38,289 bases of DNA from Sulfuritalea sp. (GTDB lineage Bacteria; Pseudomonadota; Gammaproteobacteria; Burkholderiales; Rhodocyclaceae): contig JBAZOF010000001.1 in assembly GCA_041648855.1 (NCBI GenBank), forward strand, positions 1 to 38,289. The letters are read 5' to 3'. The position numbers and the translations under genes were made by a program. Numbering within the stretch: the stretch's first letter is position 1; each line of letters opens with the position of its first letter. This document shows positions 18,283 to 26,569 of this stretch, piece after piece. Below the pieces are notes generated by a model that was not told the DNA's origin, did no database searches, and saw only the letters and a list, made by a program, of their open reading frames with translations.

Positions 18283-20267
18283 TTAATCAGACTCTTCAAT
18301 TCTGCTGTCGGTTCCGAGCAAGTAACGCCACGACACACCCAGGCGTTGACATGATCGCTTTCCGGCTTGGCGAGAACCGCGGGCAGGCCCGCAATTCCGT
18401 TGGGCAGGCTCAGCACCAGCCGGCGCGGATCGGCGCCGAGTTTGCGTCGCCACTCCGCCATTTCGTCTTCAGGGCCGCGCAGGATGATGATGTCCGGCGG
18501 AGTGAGCGCTTCTTCCAGGGCGCGCATGAGGCTGCCGAAACCGGACGGCGCCTGGCTGATCTGGGGCCAGAACAGCCGCAGGGTCTTTTCGGCGGCGGTC
18601 AGGTAACGGGGCTCGCCGAGCAGATGTCCCAAACGTTGCAGAGCGAATGCGGCGATGCCATTGCCGGCGGGAGTGGCATTGTCGTGACCGGACTTGGGGC
18701 GGTGGATCAATACCTCATGGTCGTCGGCCGTGAAGAAGAAGCCGCCTGCGTCGCGGTCTTCGAAGTGGGTCAGCAGCGTATCGGCAAGCTCGACGGCAAA
18801 GGTCAGGTCGTCGCGACGAAACTCGGCTTGCATCAGTTCCAGCAGGGCGGCCAGCAGAAAGGCGTGATCGTCGAGATAGGCGTCGAGGTGGGCGTGGCCG
18901 TCCTTGGCCGTCGCCAGCAAGCGTCCGTCCTGCCACATCGTGCTGCGTACGAAATCCATGGCGCGCTGTGCCGAAGCCAGCCACTCATCCCGGCCGAATA
19001 TGCGCGCCGCATGGGCCATGCCTTCGATCATCAGCGCGTTCCAGCTGGTCAGCACCTTGTCGTCGCGGCCGGGGCGAATGCGTTGTTCGCGTGCAGCAAA
19101 GAGCTTTTGGCGCGTCGCCGCGAGCAGCGGGATTTCCGCGTCGCTCAGATCGCCGGCAATCTTTGCGTGCCAATGGCGATTTTCGAAATTCGGCGGGCCG
19201 TCGAAGCCCCAGCGCCGCAGCGCTAGCGCCGACTCTTGCGGGGTGAGCAGAGCCTCGACTTCGCTGCGGTCCCAGACGTAGTACTTGCCTTCTTCTCCCT
19301 CCGAGTCGGCATCGAGCGAGGAGGTATAGCCGCCGTCGGCGGACTGCATTTCACGCATGACCCACGTCACGGTTTCCTCGGCGACGCGTGCGTACAGCGG
19401 ATTGCCGGTCTGCGCCCAGGCATCGGCACAGAGCGAGATGAGCGGGCCGTTGTCGTAGAGCATTTTTTCGAAATGCGGAATCTCCCAGCGCTCATCCACG
19501 CTGTAGCGGCTGAAGCCGCCGCCGATCTGGTCGTAGATGCCGCCTTCGCTCATGCGCCTCAGTGTGGTCAGCGCCATCTCGCGCAGATCGGGATCCGGGC
19601 GACGCAACAGGAAGGCCAACTCGGTCGGATGCGGGAACTTCGGCGCGGTGCCGAAGCCGCCGTGGCGGCGGTCGAAACTGCGGCTCAGCGATTCCGCGGC
19701 TGCTGCCAGGGGGCGAGCGTCGAACGCGGTGGCCGTTGCTGCGCCGGTCGGCACCGTGCTCGCCAAGGCCCGGCGCAGCTCGGCGTTCTGCGTTTCGATG
19801 TCGCCGCGACGATTGCGGAAGGCTTCCGTGACGCGCTCGCAAAGGTCGACAAAGCCGGGAAGGCCGTAGCGCGGCTCCTTCGGGAAATAAGTGCCGCCGA
19901 AGAAGGGCGTACCGTCCGGGGCGAGGAACATGGTCAGCGGCCAGCCGCCGCTGCGCTGGGTCAGCATCTGGTGCGCTGTCTGGTAGATCTGGTCGAGGTC
20001 GGGGCGCTCCTCGCGGTCGACCTTGATGTTCACGAAGAGGCGATTCATCACCTCCGCTACATCGGCATCCTCGAAGGACTCGTGCGCCATCACGTGACAC
20101 CAGTGACAGGCGGAGTAGCCTATCGAAAGCAGGATCGGGCGGTCTTCCTGGCGCGCAAGGGCGAGCGATGGCTCATTCCACGGCTGCCAATGGACGGGAT
20201 TGTCTGCGTGCTGGAGGAGGTAAGGCGAGGTTTCGGCAGAAAGCCGGTTGGTGAGTTCTGATGGCAT
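18279..20267 (-). CDS. Thioredoxin-domain protein, YyaL/DUF255 (SPATA20-like) family
   Basis: [44 protein letters not shown] and DDKVLTSWN motifs. Confidence 0.95.
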   Translation of the reverse strand: MPSELTNRLSAETSPYLLQHADNPVHWQPWNEPSLALARQEDRPILLSIGYSACHWCHVMAHESFEDADVAEVMNRLFVNIKVDREERPDLDQIYQTAHQMLTQRSGGWPLTMFLAPDGTPFFGGTYFPKEPRYGLPGFVDLCERVTEAFRNRRGDIETQNAELRRALASTVPTGAATATAFDARPLAAAAESLSRSFDRRHGGFGTAPKFPHPTELAFLLRRPDPDLREMALTTLRRMSEGGIYDQIGGGFSRYSVDERWEIPHFEKMLYDNGPLISLCADAWAQTGNPLYARVAEETVTWVMREMQSADGGYTSSLDADSEGEEGKYYVWDRSEVEALLTPQESALALRRWGFDGPPNFENRHWHAKIAGDLSDAEIPLLAATRQKLFAAREQRIRPGRDDKVLTSWNALMIEGMAHAARIFGRDEWLASAQRAMDFVRSTMWQDGRLLATAKDGHAHLDAYLDDHAFLLAALLELMQAEFRRDDLTFAVELADTLLTHFEDRDAGGFFFTADDHEVLIHRPKSGHDNATPAGNGIAAFALQRLGHLLGEPRYLTAAEKTLRLFWPQISQAPSGFGSLMRALEEALTPPDIIILRGPEDEMAEWRRKLGADPRRLVLSLPNGIAGLPAVLAKPESDHVNAWVCRGVTCSEPTAELKSLIN

Positions 20268-20350
20268 GACGGACTCAGGATAGAGTCCGTACTATACCCG
20301 ATAAAAATAGTCGGGTATAGATCAGAGGGGGATTCCGCCTGATCGGCGGC

Positions 20351-20743
20351 TCAGACGCCCATTTTTTCGAAGATTTTGTCCAGCTTTTCCTGCAGCGTGG
20401 CTGCTGTGAAGGGCTTGACGATGTAGTTCGACGCCCCGGCCTGTATGGCCGCGGTGATGTTCTCCTTCTTCGCTTCGGGCGTGATCATCAGAAATGGGAG
20501 GCTCTTCAGCCGGGCGTCGGCGCGTACATTCTGCAACAGCGTGAGCCCGTCCATATTGGGCATGTTCCAGTCGGAAACGACGAACTCGAAACTACCTTCG
20601 CGCAATTTGGTCAGCGCGACGGCTCCGTCCTCGGCTTCTTCGACGTTGGTGAAACCGAGTTCCTTCAGCAGGTTGCGCACGATGCGACGCATGGTCGAAA
20701 AGTCGTCGACTACCAGGAACTTGAGTGAGGTGCGATCGGGCAT
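20351..20743 (-). CDS. cheY: Chemotaxis response regulator CheY (orphan)
   Basis: [33 protein letters not shown] and KPFT motifs; start could also be 20764 or 20773. Confidence 0.93.
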   Translation of the reverse strand: MPDRTSLKFLVVDDFSTMRRIVRNLLKELGFTNVEEAEDGAVALTKLREGSFEFVVSDWNMPNMDGLTLLQNVRADARLKSLPFLMITPEAKKENITAAIQAGASNYIVKPFTAATLQEKLDKIFEKMGV

Positions 20744-20823
20744 GGGTTCGGTCGGCGTTGCCATAGCCGGCACTATGCCTGAGGCACCAGCGGACCAAAA
20801 CCGGGAATACGGGCCGGAACTGC

Positions 20824-21315
20824 CTAGCTATCTCCGAGCAAGCTCCGCCACCAGCGCTTCCGATTTTCGGGTGCCGGGCGGGCCGCAAGGATTTCATCGG
20901 GCTGCACGCGGCTCATGATCCAGCCCGGCCCGGGCGGGTTTTTCGACGAGCCGCAGGAAGATCCGAGATTGTTCGGGTCGAAGATCTTGATCAGACGCGG
21001 GTTCTCGAGGTCGTCGGCATAGACGATGCCGCAGTACGACTCATGGTGTTCTGCCCGCAGCAGGGCATCGATGCGCTCGATGAAGGCGCTGACGGTGGCG
21101 GCATCGGCCACATTTGCAATGGTCGGTGCTGGTGCGCTCTGCGTACCTGGGTTTCCGCTTTGCGGGCAGGCAACGCCGACCGCTTGCAGGTACCAGCCGG
21201 CAGCGGGGTCGATGCGCTGCCAGAGCGCCGTCAGCTGATCCCAGCCCATGACCGACCAGACGCGGCCGCGGTACAGGCGCTGGAATTCTGTCGTGGGGCT
21301 GTTTTCGGTCGTCAC
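20824..21315 (-). CDS. Conserved-looking hypothetical cytoplasmic protein with YCG and SSCG Cys motifs
   Basis: 163-aa ORF (GTG start) at the distal end of the sulfur operon, containing [13 protein letters not shown]...[16 protein letters not shown]; no signal peptide. Confidence 0.75.
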   Translation of the reverse strand: MTTENSPTTEFQRLYRGRVWSVMGWDQLTALWQRIDPAAGWYLQAVGVACPQSGNPGTQSAPAPTIANVADAATVSAFIERIDALLRAEHHESYCGIVYADDLENPRLIKIFDPNNLGSSCGSSKNPPGPGWIMSRVQPDEILAARPAPENRKRWWRSLLGDS

Positions 21316-21356
21316 GCCGGCTATTTTAGCCGACGTGACGACCGTGACTACGGCGT

Positions 21357-21779
21357 TCAGAAGCTCAGGGTTTTCACATTGGCTTGCAGCACGTACGCCG
21401 CCACATCGGCCGGCTTTGCGACGCCGATACCTTCGATCAGGTCTGCGGGCTTGAGGTCGCTATTGGGCAGGAACAGGGCACAGACTTCCACTTTCGCGCC
21501 TGCCTTCATGAGGCCTTGCAGCATTTCCTTGGGCGACTTGTTGCTGGGCTTGAGCGGAGCCGACTCCTTGTCCTTGACGGCCAGTTGGCCGCCTTCACTG
21601 CAAAGCAGGATACGCACTCCGGCCTTTTGTGCCAGCGCCTGGTTGGCCAGGACCAGTGCGACGCCCTGGGTTTGGGCAACGCCCGAGTTGATGCCGACAA
21701 AAACCTCAGTCGGACTTTGGGCATGAACCGGCATTGCGCAGGCAAAACCCAGCGCGAGAGCGATGGACAGCTTGTTCAT
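21357..21779 (-). CDS. Exported DsrE/DsrF-like sulfur-relay protein
   Basis: Sec signal (MNKLSIALALGFACAMPVHA), VRILLCSEGG and GAKVEVCALF motifs; RBS GGAG upstream of ATG 21779. Confidence 0.8.
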   Translation of the reverse strand: MNKLSIALALGFACAMPVHAQSPTEVFVGINSGVAQTQGVALVLANQALAQKAGVRILLCSEGGQLAVKDKESAPLKPSNKSPKEMLQGLMKAGAKVEVCALFLPNSDLKPADLIEGIGVAKPADVAAYVLQANVKTLSF

Positions 21780-21846
21780 TTCTTGTTCTCCTGTCATTTG
21801 ATGCGGCGGGCGGGCGACTGGGCGCCGCCCGGCCTTCAAGAGTTGA

Positions 21847-23007
21847 CTACTTCTTCGCCACCATACTGTAGGTGCCGTCCGCATTGAACTTGATGTCGGC
21901 GTCGATGAAGGAGGCCTGGACCTTGCCGCCGAGCAGCTTCACCGTGTCGTAGGCCTCGCCGGAGCGTGCACCGGTACCGCAGACGAAAACCACCGGCTTG
22001 TCGGTCGGCAGCGTGGCGATCTTCTTCTCCAGTTCGTTCATCGGGATGTTGACCGATCCTTTGATGGTACCGGAGGCGACTTCCTTCGGATCGCGCACGT
22101 CGACCAGCATGATCGAACCGGGGTTGGACTTCCACACCTGCTCGAAGGAAGCCACGGTGACGCTACCCTTTTCTTTGCCCGGCACCAGCGCTGCCGTCGT
22201 TGCTGCCGCGCCGCCTGTTGCTGCGGCTGCGGCGGCGGCAGGAGCCGGCGCACCATGCATCTTTTCCCACTCCGGATAGCCGGGCGGATAGGTCAGGACA
22301 TTCGTGTAGCCGAGCTTCTTCGCCTTGGCCGCCGAGTTGTCGGAGAGCACGCATTCGAGGCCGCCGCAGTAGTAAATCAGCGGCGTGGCCTTGTCGGCGG
22401 GCAACTTGTCGACCTGCTTGTCGAACTCGGTGTCGGAGATGTTGATTGCCGTCGGGATCATGCCCTTGTCGGCCACGCGCTTGGGCCGTGCATCTACCAG
22501 TACATAGGGAGACTTCTCATCGATCAGCTTCTTGATGTGCGCGGCGGATACCGAAATTTGCGCACCCTTGGCCTTCCACTCGGGCGAACCGGCGGGATAG
22601 ACCTTGATGTTGGTATAGCCCAGCTTCTCGGCCTTGAAAGCCGAGTTGTGGCTCAGCATGCATTCCAGTCCGCCGCAGTAGAACAGCAGCAGCGTCGCCT
22701 TGTCGGCCGGCAGCTTGTCGACCAGCTTGTCGAACTGGCTGTCCGGGATATTGATTGCCCCGGGAATGTGGCCGGGATCATACTGGCGTGCGGCCGGGCG
22801 CGAGTCGATGATCATGACGCCTTTCTTCGGCGGAATGCTGACGTTCTGGCTGACGAAGTCGAAATCGACCAGCGCCTTGTTGTACCAGCCGTCCTTGGGC
22901 TGGATGGTCGCCGCATCGGCGGCATAGACCGTCGCCGGAAAGACCATCGGTGCAGCGGCAAGGCTGGCGAGGATGGCGACGTAAAGGGAAAGTTGCCTGG
23001 CTCTCAT
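21847..23007 (-). CDS. Exported three-domain rhodanese (sulfurtransferase)
   Basis: Signal peptide; IIDSRP..GHIPGA..FYCGGLEC, VDARP..YYCGGLEC and VDVRD..FVCGTGARS domains; Ala-rich linker. Confidence 0.92.
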   Translation of the reverse strand: MRARQLSLYVAILASLAAAPMVFPATVYAADAATIQPKDGWYNKALVDFDFVSQNVSIPPKKGVMIIDSRPAARQYDPGHIPGAINIPDSQFDKLVDKLPADKATLLLFYCGGLECMLSHNSAFKAEKLGYTNIKVYPAGSPEWKAKGAQISVSAAHIKKLIDEKSPYVLVDARPKRVADKGMIPTAINISDTEFDKQVDKLPADKATPLIYYCGGLECVLSDNSAAKAKKLGYTNVLTYPPGYPEWEKMHGAPAPAAAAAAATGGAAATTAALVPGKEKGSVTVASFEQVWKSNPGSIMLVDVRDPKEVASGTIKGSVNIPMNELEKKIATLPTDKPVVFVCGTGARSGEAYDTVKLLGGKVQASFIDADIKFNADGTYSMVAKK

Positions 23008-23016
23008 GATGATCTC

Positions 23017-24261
23017 CTAGAGAAGTGTGAATTTTTCGGTGGATTCGTTGTAGCGCACCAGCGCGTACCAGAGCAGCAGCAGGCCGCCGCCGACCGCCAG
23101 GGTCCAGCCCCAGCTGCCCCACATTTCGGGAAGGTAGGCCTGGAAGCCGACCTTGGTCATTTCATAGGTTTCGACATTGGTCTCGTCGATCGCGGTCAGG
23201 TTGAGCTTCTTGAACACGGCGCTGGCGATCGAGCCCATCCAGGAGAAGAAGAACATCGTCACCCAGAGTTTCAGATGGCCTTCGCCCATGCGCCATAGCG
23301 AACCCGAGGCGCAGCCGCCGGCGAAGACCATGCCGATGCCGAAGATCAGGCCGCCGACCAGCGAACCGATCCAGAAGGCCGGCGGGATCGCGAGGTAGGG
23401 GTCGATCACCTTCTTCTCGAACAGCAGCGCGGCGATCGGGATGCCGATCGCCAGTGCCAGAATCACGGCCTTGGTCATGTCGCCCTCGGCGGTCATGAAG
23501 GGTTCGCGGAAGGCGCGCGCGAAGCACAGGCGCGAGCGATGCATGATGAAGCCGATGGCGAAGCCGGCGACGACGATCACGGCGCGGGCCACCAGTTTTT
23601 CGTCGCTGGAGCCGTACCATTGCGTGGCCCAGATCAGCACGCCGACAACGACAGCAAGACCGAGCAGGGGGTAGTTGCGCGTGACACCCTCGGGAATGTC
23701 CAGCACGGGTGGCGCCCGCATGCCCCACTCGATGTGGTCGAGGGTCCATAACAGCAGCTTGAGGCCGATCGCGGCGCCGGCCAGCAGGCCGAGCCACATC
23801 GCCCAACCCGCGGGGGAGGAGTGCAGCACCGGATTGAAGAAGCCGCCCGTGGTGCAACCGCCTGCCAGCGCGGCGCCGATGCCAAGCAGGCTGCCGCCCA
23901 TGGCGGCCCAGACGTATTCGAGGGGTGGCGGACGATTGGGGCTGAATTGTCGCGACAGCAATGCCGCGCTGAATGCGCCGACCACCAGCATGATGTTCAT
24001 CAGCGACATGCGGTGCATCAGGAAACCATCGACTTGCTGGGGTATCCCGAGCATTGGTCCAAGCCCGATCAGGTTGTTGAACCAGTCGCCCCAGAACTTG
24101 ACGCCGCCGAACACGCCCCAGACCAAGCCGGAGAGCATCAGGCCGATTATCACCAGCACCAGCAGCATGGCGCCGACGAAAGGCGACCATTCCTCGACGA
24201 AGATCGCCTGGTAGTCGGTCTTGAAGCCGGCCCGCCAGCCGGAGTCGCTATCGGTACTCAT
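23017..24261 (-). CDS. Two-domain YeeE/YedE family sulfur-compound transporter
   Basis: Multi-TM protein with AGGCTTG, RSRLCF and AGGCASG..RMGEG motifs; RBS GGAG before ATG 24261 (alternative start 24276). Confidence 0.9.
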   Translation of the reverse strand: MSTDSDSGWRAGFKTDYQAIFVEEWSPFVGAMLLVLVIIGLMLSGLVWGVFGGVKFWGDWFNNLIGLGPMLGIPQQVDGFLMHRMSLMNIMLVVGAFSAALLSRQFSPNRPPPLEYVWAAMGGSLLGIGAALAGGCTTGGFFNPVLHSSPAGWAMWLGLLAGAAIGLKLLLWTLDHIEWGMRAPPVLDIPEGVTRNYPLLGLAVVVGVLIWATQWYGSSDEKLVARAVIVVAGFAIGFIMHRSRLCFARAFREPFMTAEGDMTKAVILALAIGIPIAALLFEKKVIDPYLAIPPAFWIGSLVGGLIFGIGMVFAGGCASGSLWRMGEGHLKLWVTMFFFSWMGSIASAVFKKLNLTAIDETNVETYEMTKVGFQAYLPEMWGSWGWTLAVGGGLLLLWYALVRYNESTEKFTLL

Positions 24262-24279
24262 CGCTTCTCCATCCACCGT

Positions 24280-24882
24280 CTATCGGGCACCCTCCACGGC
24301 TTGCTGTGCGGTGACCGTACCGGTGCCGCGGCGCTCGAACCATGAGCCGAAATAGAATACGGCAATCAGGGCAAGTCCGAGAATGGCCAGCACGACGGGT
24401 TCCGGAACACCGTAAACGTCGGTGAAGGTGTCGCCTTCCGCGATCAGTCCTGCGGACTTTATGGACTTGAGCGCCGCCCCGTAAAAGACCGCAAATCCCG
24501 TCGTGCCGAGCAGAACACCAACGATGAATACCAGGGCGTCGAGGCGGCCGGAAAACAGGCCCGCCACCGAAGTACCCGGGCAGTAGCCACCCGTCGCAAA
24601 CCCCGCACCCACCAGCGCGCCGCCCACGGCCGCCGCCACCAGCGCCGCTTGCGGCACGGCGATCGAGTCGGGCCTCAGCAGCCCCCCGAGCCTCAGCAGC
24701 CACAGGCCGACCGCCGCCACCACGATGGCGGTGAACATGACCTTGAATACCGCCCAGTCGGTGAGCTTGAACTGGGCGCTTAGTTTGACGGGGCTGCCGA
24801 ATCCGGCGTTCTCCAGCACGTAGCCGAACAGGACGCCGCAGAGCAGACCCGATATCATGCCATTATCATTGAGCGGGAACAT
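24280..24882 (-). CDS. Single-domain YeeE/YedE family membrane protein
   Basis: GVLFGYVL, VFKVMFTAI and GGALVGAGFATGGYCPGT motifs. Confidence 0.9.
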   Translation of the reverse strand: MFPLNDNGMISGLLCGVLFGYVLENAGFGSPVKLSAQFKLTDWAVFKVMFTAIVVAAVGLWLLRLGGLLRPDSIAVPQAALVAAAVGGALVGAGFATGGYCPGTSVAGLFSGRLDALVFIVGVLLGTTGFAVFYGAALKSIKSAGLIAEGDTFTDVYGVPEPVVLAILGLALIAVFYFGSWFERRGTGTVTAQQAVEGAR

Positions 24883-24883
24883 G

Positions 24884-25414
24884 TCAGACTCCTTTGACCA
24901 GGCGGCTGACGATCATGCCGGTGGCAAAAAACAAAGCCAGGAAGACAAAGGCCGAAATGCCCAGCGCCGCCGAACCCGACAGCCCCACGCCGCTTGTGCA
25001 ACCTCCCGCGATGCGGGCGCCAAAGCCGGCGAGGAAGCCGCCGCCCAAGGTGGTGATCAAGCGCTTCGAGGTGCCGACGCTGCGCGCGCCGTCGAATTGC
25101 ACGCGAAAACGACCCCCCATGAAAGCCGCCGCCAGTGCGCCGATCGCGACGCCGAGGATTTCCCAGGTCATCCATGAGCCGATCGGGCTGCCCTCCGCCA
25201 CCATCGGTCCAAGATAGCCGTTCGCCCTGGTTGCCTCCGGCGCAAGCTTCAGCCCGACGCCGGCGACCATGTCGGTAGCCGCCCCACTGGCCCCCAGACC
25301 GTGAGCGGAAAGAACAAAGGTCAGCAACAAGACCAATCCGAGCGCGATGCCCGCAGCCAGGGGTGACCAGAAGGGTTTGATTTTCGGATTGCCTTGCTTT
25401 TCTGATGTGCTCAT
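24884..25414 (-). CDS. Single-domain YeeE/YedE family membrane protein
   Basis: WSPLAAG, GLGASG and GGFLAGFGARIAGGCTSG motifs. Confidence 0.9.
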   Translation of the reverse strand: MSTSEKQGNPKIKPFWSPLAAGIALGLVLLLTFVLSAHGLGASGAATDMVAGVGLKLAPEATRANGYLGPMVAEGSPIGSWMTWEILGVAIGALAAAFMGGRFRVQFDGARSVGTSKRLITTLGGGFLAGFGARIAGGCTSGVGLSGSAALGISAFVFLALFFATGMIVSRLVKGV

Positions 25415-25539
25415 GATGTTTGCCTTTCGATGGCCGAATCGCTGTCGTTGCCCAACGTCAATCTGCCAATCTCATTGGCAATCAGGCGCGAGAAGCCGGC
25501 GTGTCCCCCGGGAGGCGCACGCCTTCGGCTGTGCCCTTG

Positions 25540-25932
25540 TCAGCTGCAGCTGGCCGGCGAGTCGCCGTCCTTGGCGCCCTTGTTGAGGAAGGCCCCGATG
25601 TCGCTCATCAGCTCCTGGTCCGGCGTGTCGGCAAACTTCTCTGCCGCCTTGTTGCCCGATTTGATGCTGGCGCGATAGGCCTTGCTGACATACTGCTTGA
25701 CCGTATCCTTGCCCTTGGCGTGCTTGTCGGTCTTCAGGTAGTTCGCCCATTCCGCCTTGGTCTTGGTGCTGGGATTGATCGAGCCGATCGGCGAAGCGAC
25801 ATGGCAGGAAGTGCACACGCTGCGGTAATAAACGCGGCCGCGTTTCCAGTCGGCGTCATAGGCGAAAGCGGCTGAGGCGAGCATGGAAAGTGCGACGCCG
25901 ACAGTCAGTTGGGTGGTGAATTTCATGGTCAT
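25540..25932 (-). CDS. Periplasmic monoheme cytochrome c with C-terminal Cys
   Basis: Signal peptide ending AFA, single CTSCH motif, C-terminus DSPASCS; start 25932 or 25926. Confidence 0.88.
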   Translation of the reverse strand: MTMKFTTQLTVGVALSMLASAAFAYDADWKRGRVYYRSVCTSCHVASPIGSINPSTKTKAEWANYLKTDKHAKGKDTVKQYVSKAYRASIKSGNKAAEKFADTPDQELMSDIGAFLNKGAKDGDSPASCS

Positions 25933-25954
25933 GCTCCTTGTGAAAATTTGGTGA

Positions 25955-26551
25955 TTACTCCACTTCTTCCCAGCCGGTGATCATGGCCTTGATGTGGGCC
26001 AGTGGCGTATGACCGGCAGTGGTCAGGTACACGTGGGCGATGAGGAAGGCCAGCATCATGAAGGCGCCGATGATGTGGCCGGTGGCGACCCATTCCAGCG
26101 ACAAGCCGTTGATTCCAAGTCTGGCCCAGTCCGAATAGAACAGATAAAGCACGCCGGTGACCCAGATCAGCGGGCCGACGCAAATCATGATGGCGAGGTA
26201 GGCCAGGCGCTGCAGCGGATTGTGCTTGCGCAACTGCGTCAGCTTGAACGGGTGCGGCTCGTTCCTGAAAATGCCGACGGAGTAATAATGGATCATCGCC
26301 ACGACTTTTTCCGTGGTCGGGATGTATTGCTTCCACTCGCCGGTGGTGAAGTGCCAGAAGATCGCGAACACCCACAGGCCGATCAGCGACCAGGCGGCGA
26401 TGGTGTGATAAGCCACCGCCTTTTCGAAGCCGAAGATCGTGTAGGTGCCGTGGATGTCGAAGGCGGTGAGCATCAGGAACATGATGAGACCGGCCTGCGA
26501 CCAGTGCCAGAAACGCTCGAAGCGCTTGAAGACGTAAATACGTTCAGCCAT
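25955..26551 (-). CDS. Membrane di-heme cytochrome b (PhsC/FdnI/HyaC-like quinol-interacting subunit)
   Basis: Four TM segments with His at ERFWHW, YHTI, GHII and AHVY; HNPLQR and MITG motifs. Confidence 0.9.
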   Translation of the reverse strand: MAERIYVFKRFERFWHWSQAGLIMFLMLTAFDIHGTYTIFGFEKAVAYHTIAAWSLIGLWVFAIFWHFTTGEWKQYIPTTEKVVAMIHYYSVGIFRNEPHPFKLTQLRKHNPLQRLAYLAIMICVGPLIWVTGVLYLFYSDWARLGINGLSLEWVATGHIIGAFMMLAFLIAHVYLTTAGHTPLAHIKAMITGWEEVE

Positions 26552-26569
26552 TTCAGTTCTCCTTGAGGC

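Noticed and set aside
25448-25480. Internal FNR-like site (TTGAC-N4-GGCAA on the minus strand) and TGCCAAT-CTC-ATTGGCA inverted repeat before the first yeeE gene
   Set aside because: Three mismatches to the FNR consensus and no clear -10; too weak to call, although an internal regulatory site cannot be excluded.
25415-25542. Possible selenocysteine read-through at the cytochrome c TGA (…SCS-UGA followed by a GGCGTG/CACGCC hairpin)
   Set aside because: The apical loop does not look like a bacterial SECIS, the read-through peptide is not protein-like, and no sel genes are in view. More likely an intercistronic stability hairpin; a bSECISearch run would settle it.
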